Positions 15,290 to 25,433 of a stretch of 64,000 bases of DNA are shown one piece after another. Position 1 is the first letter of the stretch; every line of letters begins with the position of its first letter. The notes beneath the pieces are model-generated. The model was not told the origin of the DNA. It made no database searches and saw only the letters and a program-made list of their open reading frames with translations. The stretch is taken from contig CAVPCR010000001.1 of NCBI GenBank assembly GCA_963702435.1, positions 928,001 through 992,000 on the forward strand. Reading direction: 5' to 3'. The stretch is from Candidatus Eiseniibacteriota bacterium (lineage in GTDB: Bacteria; Eisenbacteria; RBG-16-71-46; CAVPCR01). The position numbers and the translations under genes are program-made.

Positions 15290-17032
15290 GTGGGCGACCG
15301 GCCGTTGCCACCTGCCATCCCCAATCGGAGCAAGGCCTTGTCTTCTTTTGCCCGCGGCGCCTTCGTCGGTCGTTTCCTTGCCGTCCTCACCCTCGCCTCC
15401 GCCCTCCTCGCCTCCTCCTGGGTCACTCCGAGCGAACTCCGCGCCGGCGACCCGACCGAGGACCGCGGCGACAAGCTCGCGAGCGCGCCGAACGAGGCGC
15501 TCCCGATCCTCGGCACGGAGCGCGCGCCGAACGGGGGCGACTCCGCCCTCGACATCGTGCCCGAGTACCTGAGTCTGGCCGGCGCCTTCTCGACCGACAG
15601 CCTCATGGCCACGATGACGCTCCTCACGAGCTACCCGACCCGCTACACCTCCAACGCCAACTACGCGGCCGCCGCCGCGCGCATGCGCGATCGCTTCACC
15701 GCGCTCGGCCTCGACCAGGTCTATCTCCACAACTTCACCTGCTGCGGCGGGACGCGCCAGAACGTGGTCGCGATCAAGCTCGGCACGGTGCGGCCGGACG
15801 AGATCGTGATCGTCGGGGCCCACCTCGACTGCACGTCGCAGACGCCGAACACGAACGCGCCGGGCGCCGAGGACAACGCGAGCGGCTCGGCGGCGGTGTT
15901 CGAGACGGCGCGACTCCTGGCCAACGTTCCCACCGAGCGCACCATCCACTTCGTCCTCTTCGGCGGCGAGGAGCAGGGGCTCTACGGCAGCGAGGCCTAC
16001 GCGACCAAGGCCGACACCGAGAACTGGAACATCGCCGGCGTCATCACCATGGACATGGTGGGCTACTACGGCGCGGGCGGCGCGGACCTCTGGCTCGAGG
16101 GCTTCACGACCGGCACGAACTCGATGTGGCTCGTGAACCTGGTGAGCGAGCACGCGCAGACCTACAGCGGCCTGAGCGTGTACATCTATCCGGGGAACGG
16201 CTGGGGCAGCGATCACGAACCGTTCCACGATCACGGCTTCCCGGCGATGCTCTCGATCGAGAACGAGTGGGACACTTACCCCTGCTACCACCGCTCGTGC
16301 GACACCATCGCCTACATCACGCCGAGCTTCCTCCGGCGGATCGCCGTCGCCAACGGCACCGCCGCGCTCGATCTCGCGGTTTCGGCCTTCTCGCCGGCGA
16401 CGGTCAGCGGGCGCGTCGATCTCGCCGGCCTGGGCGACGATTCGGGCGCCACGGTCACGATCCTCGGGACGTCGTATACCGCGGCCGTGTCCAGCACCGA
16501 TGGCAGCTACTCGCTCCCGAACGTGCTCCCCGGCACGTACACGCTCCGCGCCGCGAAGCAGGGCTACCTGCCGGTGACCATGACCGGCGTCGTCCTCTCC
16601 TCCGGCGAGAGCGCGGCGATCGACTTCCTGCTCCTGCCCGAGCAGTCGGGCATCCCCGATGACGCAGCTCCCGTCGCCCCGTCCGCTCTCGTCGCGCTCG
16701 GTCCGGCGACGCCGAGTCCCTTCGCGTCGTCGACCGACATCGCCTTCGCGCTCCGCGCCTCCGGGCGCGTGTGGCTCCGCGTGTACGACGCGCACGGGCG
16801 CGTCGTGCGCGAGCTCGTGTCAGGCGAGGAGCGGGCCCAGGGCCGCCATCGCGCGCGCTGGGACGGGCGCGATGCGGAAGGCCGCGCGGCGCCCTCCGGC
16901 GTGTACTGGGCGGAGATCCGCGCCGAGGGCGGCGCCCCGAGCGTTCTGGCCGGTGCGGGCGGCGGCGCCGGCGGCGCGAGCGGGCTCGTCGAGCGTGGCA
17001 CGGCGCGGCTGCCGCTCGTCCGGCTCAGGTAG
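15290..17032 (+). CDS. M28 aminopeptidase with CarboxypepD_reg and FlgD-like CTD (start uncertain)
   Basis: GAHLD, PGAEDNASG, GEEQGLYGS, MDMVG, SDH, YH; CTD PSPF...WDGRD..SGVYW. Confidence 0.9.
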   Translation: MGDRPLPPAIPNRSKALSSFARGAFVGRFLAVLTLASALLASSWVTPSELRAGDPTEDRGDKLASAPNEALPILGTERAPNGGDSALDIVPEYLSLAGAFSTDSLMATMTLLTSYPTRYTSNANYAAAAARMRDRFTALGLDQVYLHNFTCCGGTRQNVVAIKLGTVRPDEIVIVGAHLDCTSQTPNTNAPGAEDNASGSAAVFETARLLANVPTERTIHFVLFGGEEQGLYGSEAYATKADTENWNIAGVITMDMVGYYGAGGADLWLEGFTTGTNSMWLVNLVSEHAQTYSGLSVYIYPGNGWGSDHEPFHDHGFPAMLSIENEWDTYPCYHRSCDTIAYITPSFLRRIAVANGTAALDLAVSAFSPATVSGRVDLAGLGDDSGATVTILGTSYTAAVSSTDGSYSLPNVLPGTYTLRAAKQGYLPVTMTGVVLSSGESAAIDFLLLPEQSGIPDDAAPVAPSALVALGPATPSPFASSTDIAFALRASGRVWLRVYDAHGRVVRELVSGEERAQGRHRARWDGRDAEGRAAPSGVYWAEIRAEGGAPSVLAGAGGGAGGASGLVERGTARLPLVRLR

Positions 17033-17098
17033 ACGCCTGGGCGACAGGGCGCGCAGACGAAGGGAACCCGTCCCTTTTCGTCGAGCCTGCCTGCTTTC

Positions 17099-17127
17099 TT
17101 GACGCCCGACCTCTCACCTGGTAACCT
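17099..17127 (+). promoter_or_regulatory. sigma70-like promoter of the glycosyltransferase gene
   Basis: TTGACG-N17-TAACCT. Confidence 0.6.
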
Positions 17128-17273
17128 GCCGACCTCAATTGGCAGGCACGAAGCTCGCTTGGCCCCGCTGACCCGGCCTCGGCGCTTCATGGACTGAAGC
17201 AGCCCGCCCCCCCGCGGGCACCCATCTCCCCCACGCTCCCCGCCACGGAGAGCGTTGGAGGTCGCCCCCTTTC

Positions 17274-19385
17274 ATGGATGATCGCGTTCGCGTCCGCACT
17301 GCATCCCTGGCTCGCATCCTGGTGGCGGCGTTGGTGGCCGGCGGGCTCTTCGCGCTGACGCGCCATCTGAGCCAGTTCACCGCGGCGGTCGGCGTCTACC
17401 GCTTCGAGTACGCGGCCGTGCTCGTCCTCCTCATGCTGAACGCAGCGCTCGCCTGGTGGACCCTGGTCCGCGACCCGCACCACACGACCGTCGGCGCCCC
17501 ATCCACCGGACGACTCCTCACGATCACCGCGATCGCCGTCTCGATCCTCTTCGTCATGGACCTGACGGCCGGCATCACCTCGACGCCGATCGTGCACTGG
17601 ATCCTCCTCGGCCTCACCGCGGGCCTCCTCGCGCAGACCGAGGAGCACTGGCATCGCCCGCTGGCCCGCTGGCTCACGCGAGCCGCGCCGCTCGTCGCCC
17701 TCGCGGTGCTCGCGGCCATGGTGCTCCGCGCCCACGGCATCGCGTTCGGCCTCCCCTATCCCTACGAGACCGACGAGCACGTGTTCGTCAACATCGCCGG
17801 GCGTATCGCGATCGACGGCGATCCCAATCCGAGCTGGTTCGGCCATCCCGGAACGACGACCATCTACGCGCTCTCCGGGCTCTACCTGCTGCTGTATAAG
17901 GTCGGCACGAGTCTCGGCCTGTGGTCCGGGGCGGCGGGAAGTTTCGAGACCTTCTTCCTCAACAACACGACGGTCACCTACCTGAGCGGGCGTCTCCTCA
18001 TGCTCGCGCTGGCTCTCGTCACGATCGGACTCGCCTACCGCACGCTCGATCGCATCTTCGGGCGGCCGACGGCCCTCCTCGCCACCGCGCTCCTCGCGCT
18101 GAGCCCGCTCCACACCTCACTGTCCCGCATCATCCGCACCGACATCATGTCCGGGCTCATCATCCTGGCGGTCTTCTGGCTGTGCCTCGATCTGCTCGAG
18201 AAGCCGCGCTGGCGCACCTACATCGTCGCCGGGCTCCTGACCGGCGTCGGGATCGCCACCAAGTACCCGACCGCGATCGCCGGCCTCGTCGTCCTCATCG
18301 CGCATCTGGCCAGTCATCGCCATCGCCCGCGCTCCGGCCTGCTCAAGCCGGTCGCGTTCGGCGGGCTCGCGGTGCTCGGCGCGTTTCTCGCATCACCGTT
18401 CCTCTTCCTCGACTCGCACACGGCCCTCGCCGACCTCCGCGGCGAATCGACTCCCGAGTCGACCATGCTGCTCTTCGACACGGGGCGCGGGTGGCTGGCC
18501 GATGTCCTCTGGTACCTCGACCTGCCGCTTGCCGAAGCGCTGTCGCGCGCGGGAGCCGTGCTGGCAGCGATCGGCTTCGTGCTGTGCCTGAGATCACGCG
18601 ACCGGCGGAAGGTGCTCGTCGCTCTCTTCGTCCCGCTCTACATCGGCCTCATCGCCGCCGTCGGGCTCCGCTGGTCGCGCTGGATCGTCCCCACCATCCC
18701 CTTCCTCTGCGGCCTCGCCGCCTATGCGGTCGCGCGCGGGGCGGCGGCGGCGGAGCGGCGCTTCGGCGCGCGCACGGCCCATCTCGCGGCCGCCATCCTG
18801 GTGCTCGGCGTCCTCTGGCCGCTCCTCAAGACGAACCTGGACGAGGGAGCGGATCTCAGCCGCCCGGACACGCGCACCCTGGCTGCCGACTGGGTGACAG
18901 CGCACGTTCCACCGCAGAGCAACGTGCTCATCGAGGCCAAGACACCGTTCCTGAGGCAGGGTCTCTACAATCTGTTCCTGGTGACGCGCGCCGGCGACCT
19001 GATCCCCGCGCCCGCCGACACGTTCGACACGATCGCCGGGCCCTACCGGCGGAACAATCATCTCGAGCACGTCTTCTACCGGCCCTTCGGCCACCTCGGT
19101 CTCATCGCGGATATCGACGCTGCGGAGCGCCAGAAGATCGAGTACATGATCGTGGGCAGCGCCTACGACCGCTACGCGGCGCGGGCCGGGGCCGACCCGC
19201 AGTGCGCGGCGATCGTCGCGAAGTACGATTCGCTGATGGCGCGCGGGATCGAGCTCGCCGCGTTCGAGCGAGCGCCGGGCAAGACGCGCGGGCCGCGCGT
19301 GCGCGTGTTCCAGCTGGCGGGCAGGACCGACGAGCAACCCCACCCGACCGGGCTGGCCGCGCTCCCGGCGCCTGTGCTGCAGTGA
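17274..19385 (+). CDS. GT-C membrane glycosyltransferase (ArnT/PMT-like)
   Basis: Many TM helices; YETDE loop motif, NPSWFGHP, ATKYP, DTRTLAADWV. Confidence 0.85.
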   Translation: MDDRVRVRTASLARILVAALVAGGLFALTRHLSQFTAAVGVYRFEYAAVLVLLMLNAALAWWTLVRDPHHTTVGAPSTGRLLTITAIAVSILFVMDLTAGITSTPIVHWILLGLTAGLLAQTEEHWHRPLARWLTRAAPLVALAVLAAMVLRAHGIAFGLPYPYETDEHVFVNIAGRIAIDGDPNPSWFGHPGTTTIYALSGLYLLLYKVGTSLGLWSGAAGSFETFFLNNTTVTYLSGRLLMLALALVTIGLAYRTLDRIFGRPTALLATALLALSPLHTSLSRIIRTDIMSGLIILAVFWLCLDLLEKPRWRTYIVAGLLTGVGIATKYPTAIAGLVVLIAHLASHRHRPRSGLLKPVAFGGLAVLGAFLASPFLFLDSHTALADLRGESTPESTMLLFDTGRGWLADVLWYLDLPLAEALSRAGAVLAAIGFVLCLRSRDRRKVLVALFVPLYIGLIAAVGLRWSRWIVPTIPFLCGLAAYAVARGAAAAERRFGARTAHLAAAILVLGVLWPLLKTNLDEGADLSRPDTRTLAADWVTAHVPPQSNVLIEAKTPFLRQGLYNLFLVTRAGDLIPAPADTFDTIAGPYRRNNHLEHVFYRPFGHLGLIADIDAAERQKIEYMIVGSAYDRYAARAGADPQCAAIVAKYDSLMARGIELAAFERAPGKTRGPRVRVFQLAGRTDEQPHPTGLAALPAPVLQ

Positions 19386-19660
19386 ACCGGCGCCGACTTG
19401 TGGGTGCCCTTCCACGTGCGTTCGGCGCGGTCGCCCTACCTTCCCCCTGGGGCCTCATCCGCCGGTGAACCAGCTTCGAGCCACGCGCGCACCTGTCTCT
19501 TGATGCGCTCGGCGGCTGCCCGCGGCACGGCGGCCCGGCGGAGCTGCGCATGCTGCGATGCCGATCGCGCGGTCGCGTCGTACCAGCGCTGATTCTCGGT
19601 CGGCCCGATGTCCTTGAGCCACTCCGGGCGTGAGATCCCCAGCGGTGCGTGATCAGGCTC

Positions 19661-19680
19661 CGGGAGCTCGGCTGCTCCCG
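19661..19680. terminator. hairpin between convergent genes
   Basis: CGGGAGC-tcggct-GCTCCCG. Confidence 0.4.
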
Positions 19681-19687
19681 CCGCTCA

Positions 19688-20665
19688 TCACCGGATTGTC
19701 GGCTGCCACACCGGAGAGTGGCAACGGTCCTTCGTGAAGATCTTGGTCTTCTTCAAGCCGTCGATCGAGACCATCATGAGCTCATCGTCGCTGCCGATGA
19801 GCGCGACCGCCGATCCGTCGGGTGACACGGCCGGATAGGCCTGACGGGGCCCCACGCGGCCCGTCCACTCCTGAAGGACGATCGACCTGCCACCGCTCGG
19901 ATCGACGGAAACGAGCTCGATCAGTCCGGGGAAGAGGTCGGTGGCGGGATCCCCGGTCGGCAGAGTGGGAGCCGGCGGCAGCGGGCCGCTCAAGTAGAGG
20001 AGCCGCTGGCCAGATGGCAACCATGTGATCCAGCGGATCGGCTCGGAGGCCTCGTGGATCTCGCGCTTCTCGCGTCCGGGGCCGACGAGGACGAGACCCT
20101 TGCCGACGCCGAAGGCGAGCACCGAGTCCGCCGGCGCGGGCACGGGTCCCACCGCTTCCTTCTTGCCGAGAAGCTCCTGCCACTCGGGAGCCAGCGCCTG
20201 GTCCCTGGGGGCGGGCGCCACGAGGACGACGTTCGCCGAGTCGCTCGTGCTCGCGACACGATACGTGCCCTCCTTGCCGTGAACGAGGAGGCTGTCGCCG
20301 TCCTGGCTCCAGACCGGGGCCTCGAGCGCGAGCGCATCCGCGGTGATGCGCGGTTCGAACTTGCCGAGGGGCTTCGCCGTGCGGCCGGCCACGTCGGCCA
20401 CCATGAGCTCGACCGGACCCCGCCGCTTCACGGTGAAGAAGGCGAGCCGCGAGCCGTCCGGAGACCACACCGGAGCCCAGATGGCGTCCTCGGTCTTGAC
20501 GATCCGAGTCGGGTTCTGACCCGCCGGTCCGACGGTCCAGATCTCATCGTTCCCGCACACGAAGGCGATGCGGGGCTGGCCGGCCGCCGGTGCCTCTTCT
20601 TCGGCGGCGGCCGGCTGCCACGACCATGCCGTCAGGACGAGCGCAATGATGGCGATGGCCTTCAT
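19688..20665 (-). CDS. TolB-like PD40 beta-propeller secreted protein
   Basis: Signal peptide MKAIAIIALV; PVWSPDGSRLAF, PVWSQDG, WLPSG, PAVSPDG, PVWQP. Confidence 0.8.
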   Translation of the reverse strand: MKAIAIIALVLTAWSWQPAAAEEEAPAAGQPRIAFVCGNDEIWTVGPAGQNPTRIVKTEDAIWAPVWSPDGSRLAFFTVKRRGPVELMVADVAGRTAKPLGKFEPRITADALALEAPVWSQDGDSLLVHGKEGTYRVASTSDSANVVLVAPAPRDQALAPEWQELLGKKEAVGPVPAPADSVLAFGVGKGLVLVGPGREKREIHEASEPIRWITWLPSGQRLLYLSGPLPPAPTLPTGDPATDLFPGLIELVSVDPSGGRSIVLQEWTGRVGPRQAYPAVSPDGSAVALIGSDDELMMVSIDGLKKTKIFTKDRCHSPVWQPTIR

Positions 20666-20742
20666 CCCGCGCGTGGACCCGAGACCGGCTCGACCATCGT
20701 GACCACGGTTTCCGGCGGCAGTGCTGCACCAGGCTGTGAGCG

Positions 20743-21720
20743 TCATGTCCCCTCCCTGAACCACTCGAGCGTCCGCGCAATCGCCGCGCGGTGCGGCGTC
20801 ACCTCGGCGCCGAAGGCGCGTTCGAACTTGGTGTGATCGACAACGAACGGAGATGTGAACTGGTACGCCGTCTCCTTGAGCTCGCGCATGATGGGGCTCA
20901 CGAGACCGAGCGCGCCGACGAGCCAGGCCGGCGCCGCGCGGAGTGCGAGCGTCCGCCCGAGCGCCTCCCCCACCATCGTCACGAGCTCGCGCGTAGTCAC
21001 GGTCGGCGCGCTCGGCACGTGCCACACCTCGCCGAGCGCGCGCTCCTCGGCGCCGAGCGTGACGAGGGCGCGCGCGAAATCTTCGATGTACGTGTAGGTG
21101 TGGGGCATGTCGGGATTGCCCAGCACCGAGACCGGCTTTCCGGCGAGCGCCGCCGCGAAGACGCGCTCGCCGAAGGCCGCCGTTCGCACCCACGGCCCGT
21201 AGAAGTCGGAGGCGCGGCCGATCGTCGCGCGCACGCGACCGGCGCGATGCGCATCGAGGACCGCGGCCGCAATCCGCGCGCGCGTCGCTCCCTTGCGCCC
21301 GCCCGCCGCGCTCGGCAGCGTCTCGCGCAGCGCGCCCGCTGCCGCACCCGCCGGCCCGTACATGTAGAGATTGTCGCCGCAGACGAGACGCGCCCCGGCG
21401 GCCACCGCGCCCTCGAGCACACCGTTCCAGAGGGCTGGAAGCCGGGCCGGCCAGTCGGTGTAGGGCGCATTGATGCAATTGTAGACGACGCTCGCCGCCG
21501 CGCACGCGCGGCGCGCGGCGGCGAGCTCGGTCATGTCGGCGGCCACCGCCTCCACGTCCGCCGGCACGGAGGCGCGCCCGCTGCGGTTCACCATCCGCAC
21601 GCGCGAGCCGCGGGCAACGAGCTCGCGCATGACGGCGAGGCCCAGCGGCCCGCTGCCGGCGATCACATGGAGGTCGCCGTCCTCCCGCCTGTCCCCGGTC
21701 CCCGCAGATGGCACGGCCAC
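20743..21720 (-). CDS. NAD-dependent epimerase/dehydratase
   Basis: VIAGSGPLG, VNRSG, DNLYMYG, RASDFYGP, HTYTYIED. Confidence 0.9.
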   Translation of the reverse strand: MAVPSAGTGDRREDGDLHVIAGSGPLGLAVMRELVARGSRVRMVNRSGRASVPADVEAVAADMTELAAARRACAAASVVYNCINAPYTDWPARLPALWNGVLEGAVAAGARLVCGDNLYMYGPAGAAAGALRETLPSAAGGRKGATRARIAAAVLDAHRAGRVRATIGRASDFYGPWVRTAAFGERVFAAALAGKPVSVLGNPDMPHTYTYIEDFARALVTLGAEERALGEVWHVPSAPTVTTRELVTMVGEALGRTLALRAAPAWLVGALGLVSPIMRELKETAYQFTSPFVVDHTKFERAFGAEVTPHRAAIARTLEWFREGT

Positions 21721-21733
21721 CTCCCCGGATACG

Positions 21734-22300
21734 CTAGGCGCCGGCCGCCGCCTTCAGCTTGCCGGCGACGCTCCGCACCTTGAACGCCAGCATGATCTGG
21801 ATCAAGCCGAGGATGAGCGCGAAGAGCGCGATGAGCCACACCATCCCGAGCGCGCCGGCGCCCGGCCGCGCCGCGAGCCAGAGCCCGAAGAGCACCGAGA
21901 CGATGCCGCCGAGGATGAGCATCCACTCCCCCTCGATCTCCTTGCGCAGCCTGATCGCGGCGATGATCTCGAAGAGCCCGCTCAGGATCGCCCAGGCGGC
22001 GATGAAGAAGACGACGGCGATCGCCGTGAGTCCCGGCGACCGCAGCATGATGAGCCCGATCAGGAACCCGGCCAGCCCCTCGAGCAGGACCACCCACCAC
22101 TGCGAGCTCTCCTTGCGTGCGGAGTAGGCGTGCCACATGGCGAAGGCGCCGCTCACGAGCACGTAGGCGCCGAAGAGCGAGATGAGAACGGCGAGCGTGA
22201 TCCCGGGTCGCGAGAACGCGACGATCGCGAACAGGACGGCGAGAATGCCGCGGATCAGGAGCATCCACCAGCCACGGGACAGCAACCTGGCCAACATCAC
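21734..22300 (-). CDS. HdeD/DUF308 family membrane protein
   Basis: WWMLLIRGILAVLFAI..PGITL; AIRLRKEIEGEW. Confidence 0.9.
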   Translation of the reverse strand: MMLARLLSRGWWMLLIRGILAVLFAIVAFSRPGITLAVLISLFGAYVLVSGAFAMWHAYSARKESSQWWVVLLEGLAGFLIGLIMLRSPGLTAIAVVFFIAAWAILSGLFEIIAAIRLRKEIEGEWMLILGGIVSVLFGLWLAARPGAGALGMVWLIALFALILGLIQIMLAFKVRSVAGKLKAAAGA

Positions 22301-22494
22301 GACCTCCTTGTCTGGCGACCACCGGACGGGCGCTGCTTTCCGTCGCTCGTTCGAAGAGACTCTGCACCAGGCGGGTTTTTGCAGGCGGAATCGTGCACCG
22401 GCGCCGGGGCCGCGTCAAGGCGGGGCTGGATCAAGGCGGGCCAGGCGCGGAGCGGGTCCCGCACCGTGCCGCGAAATGCCGTCCCTGGGCGCAG

Positions 22495-24396
22495 TTAGTT
22501 GACGACGACGACGCGGGCGGGGCGCGCCCCGGCGCCGCGCGGCAGGATCTCGACGAAGTAGACGCCGGCCGGCAGCCGGCGGCCGCCGGTCACCTCGCTC
22601 CAGGCCACGGCGTGCGTCCCTGGAGCGCGCCGGCCGAGGTCGCGCGCGCAGACGAGCCGCCCGGCGAGATCGACGATGCGCAGCGTGCGCGGACCGCCCA
22701 GCGGATCGGCCCAGGTGATGGCCGCATCACCCGCAATCGGATTGGGCGCCACACGGATGAACGGCGCCGCGGCGGGCGATGGCTCGCCGGCCGGCACGCC
22801 GGTCGCGCCGCAGCCGACGCCGATCGCCCCGATGAGTCCGCACGCGCCGGGCGACTCCCCGGGCGCACACGGCGAGGCGGCATCGAGCGCGTAGTTCCCG
22901 ATCGCCGGCAGGCAGAAGAGCGGATCGGCGGCGAGGTTCCCGCTCACGCCAAGCTGACCGGCGAGCCATCCGACGTAGTCGCCGCCCGCATTGCCGAAGA
23001 CATCGGAGCAGGAGAGCACTGCGGAGACGCCGCCCGCGCATGCCACGGCGCCGATCGTCTGCGAGTAGGCGATGATCGTGTTGTCGACGGACGCGATGCC
23101 GCCACCACCGTCGTCGCGGACACGGATGGCGGCGCCGGCGCTCGAGGCGGAGTTGCGACTGAACGTGCAGTGCTCGAAGCGGGCGCCGCCGACGACCGCC
23201 GCCGCCCCTCCTTCGCCGCGATCCTCGGCGCGTAGCCGATGTCCATCGCCGGCCGGCGTCGATCCACCGCCGGTCGCCCTGTTGTCGATGAAGACACAGC
23301 CGGTCGCGAGCGTCACGTCCTCTGCGTGGAGCGCGCCGCCGTGGCCCGAGTTCCCGTCCGGATTCCCGTCGGCTTGGGCCAGGTTCGTCGTGAACTCGCA
23401 GTTCTCGAGCGTCGCCGCCCGGCACGCGAGCGCCCCGCCGTACGCCTGGTTCCCCGAACGCGAGAGCGCCGGATCGGAGAGGCTTCGCGCCTCGTTCCCG
23501 CGGAAGATGCAATCGACGAGCGATACGTTCGCGCCGCGGAGGAGGGCGCCGCCGCCCTCGGCGAAGTTCGCATCGTCCTCGTTACCCGCGATGGCCTTGT
23601 TGCCGAGGAAGGTGCAGCGGGTGAGCGTGATGGCGGTCGCGCTCTCGGCGCAGATGCCGCCGCCGCGCGCCCGGCTGCAGCCGTCGCAGCGATAGCTCTC
23701 GGCCCGGCTCCCGTCGAGCCGGCAGTCGACCATCGTGAGCGCGCTCGCGACGGCGTAGATACCGCCTCCGGATCCCTCGTTCCCACCGGCACGGTTCTCG
23801 GAGATCCGGCAGCGGATGAGCTCGATCGAGCTCGTCTCGCAGTAGATGCCGCCACCCTGGTACTCGGCCGCGTTTCCCGCGATCACGCAGTCGATGAGCT
23901 TCGCTTCCGAGTCGTAGAGGGCAATGGCACCGCCAGCCCAGGCCCCCGCTCACCCCGCGCCGCAGGCGCCGAGGATGCAGTTCCTGAACGTGGGCGAGGC
24001 GCCGGCGCAGACCGCGGCGCCGCCGACCGAGCCGAGCGGATCGATGTAGCTCGCCATGCCGCGAAGCACCGAGAACCCCTCGATCACCGCGGCGTTCGTC
24101 TCGCCCGAGTGCAGGTAGAAGGCGCGCGCGACGAACTCGCCGTCGAGGATCGTCGCCTCGGGACCCGCTTCCGAACGCAGCACGAGGTCCCGCCCGTGGA
24201 AGTCGAGGTTCTGGTTCTCGGAGCCGGCGTACTCGCCGGGCGCGACGAGGACCGTGTCGCCGGCGACCGCGGCGTCGAGGGCGAGCTGGATCGTGGGGCG
24301 GTCGGCGGGAACGTGGATCGTCCCGGCGCGCGCCGGCGTGGCGGCGAGGGCGAGCAGGGCGAAGATGGCGGCTGCGAGCGAGAGCCGGCGGATCAT
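22495..24396 (-). CDS. secreted parallel beta-helix repeat protein with FlgD-like CTD, interrupted by an in-frame TGA at 23950-23952
   Basis: TIHVPADRPTIQLALDAAVAGDTVLVAPGEY, repeated GG(G/A)I..C.F..N.A units, ADPLFC, SPC, PNP..GVYF; the two ORF pieces are in the same frame. Confidence 0.8.
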
Positions 24397-24745
24397 GCGC
24401 GCTCCAGGCGGGACTGGACTGCATCCCATGATATCACGGCTGACGGCTGACGCCTGACCGGCGCGCCACCGAGGGACCTGGCCGGGACAGTCGGTTTCGG
24501 CAGGGCGCAGGTTGGCGAACGCGTGATATACGAACTCGTGATAAACGAACTCGACGTGGAACCAGTGACCGACCGCAAGGATCGGTCGCGATCAGCATCG
24601 CCCGGCAGCGCACGAAAAAAGCGCGCGCCTCGAAAGAAATCGCTTGCGCGAGCGCACTGCACATCCCCTAACGTCAATCTCGTTCCCCGCGTTCGCCAGA
24701 CGGTTCGCCAGCCGCGGTATCTCGGTCGGGCAGGAGGAATCGTGC

Positions 24746-24964
24746 TTACGCGGCAGGCTTCCAGCGCATCGAGAGCTTACGTCCGGAGGCGGCGCAGTCG
24801 CGAAGGTAGAGGTTGATCAGGGTTTGGTAGGCGATTCCCGTTTCCTCGGCGAGTCGCTTGAAGTAACTGATCGTCGCGTCATCCAGCCGAATCGTGATCT
24901 GACGCTTGAGGCGTCGGGCGTAGGGGTTCCGCTTAGCGCGTGAAAAGTCATACTCGGTTTTCAT
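24746..24964 (-). CDS. BrnA-family antitoxin
   Basis: MKTEYDFSRAKRNPY, QITIRLD, YQTLINLYLRDC. Confidence 0.88.
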   Translation of the reverse strand: MKTEYDFSRAKRNPYARRLKRQITIRLDDATISYFKRLAEETGIAYQTLINLYLRDCAASGRKLSMRWKPAA

Positions 24965-25256
24965 TTGCACCACCTTTGCTCGTATTGATCGCGCTCCTTT
25001 CGGGTTGCTCTTCTCGCCGAGATGAGTCGGATGAGATTCGAGCCCTTCCTGTAGCAATGGCAGACCAGGAGCATTCGGAGTGTCGAGCTGAGGCCCAGGA
25101 GGACGAAGCGGTCCTCGGCTGTCGAATGCTCGCGGTCAGCGATCAAGAGGGCCCTTTCATCGAGGAATACGGTCTCGGCCTCCCGGAAGGAGACGCGGTG
25201 TTTGCGCCGGTTCAGGCGATCCTTCGCCTCGTCCCACTCGACTTCAGCCCAGGCAT
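24961..25256 (-). CDS. BrnT-family toxin, 1-nt deletion near codon 6
   Basis: MPGLK then shifted frame EWDEAKDRLNRRKHRVSFREAETVF, EDRFVLLG, IRLISARRAT. Confidence 0.8.
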
Positions 25257-25262
25257 GGAGCC

Positions 25263-25292
25263 AGCGTAGCTACAACGTACCTACACGGTCAA
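25263..25292 (-). promoter_or_regulatory. brnTA promoter/operator
   Basis: TTGACC-N18-TACGCT-6nt-ATG with GTAGGTAC/GTAGCTAC repeats. Confidence 0.6.
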
Positions 25293-25433
25293 GGGGGCTC
25301 GTGGCGAGACGGAAGTGGCGCACGGGAGCGTGTTTGGGCGTAGCGGCGAGAGCAAGCTCCTGACATTGCGGATGCCACTCTGGCCTGGCGTATGACGAGT
25401 CGATCACCACTTCCCCCCGGAAGGAGCATCGTC

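Noticed and set aside
24511..24556. CRISPR-like array
   Set aside because: Units are contiguous 15-mers without spacers; no cas genes
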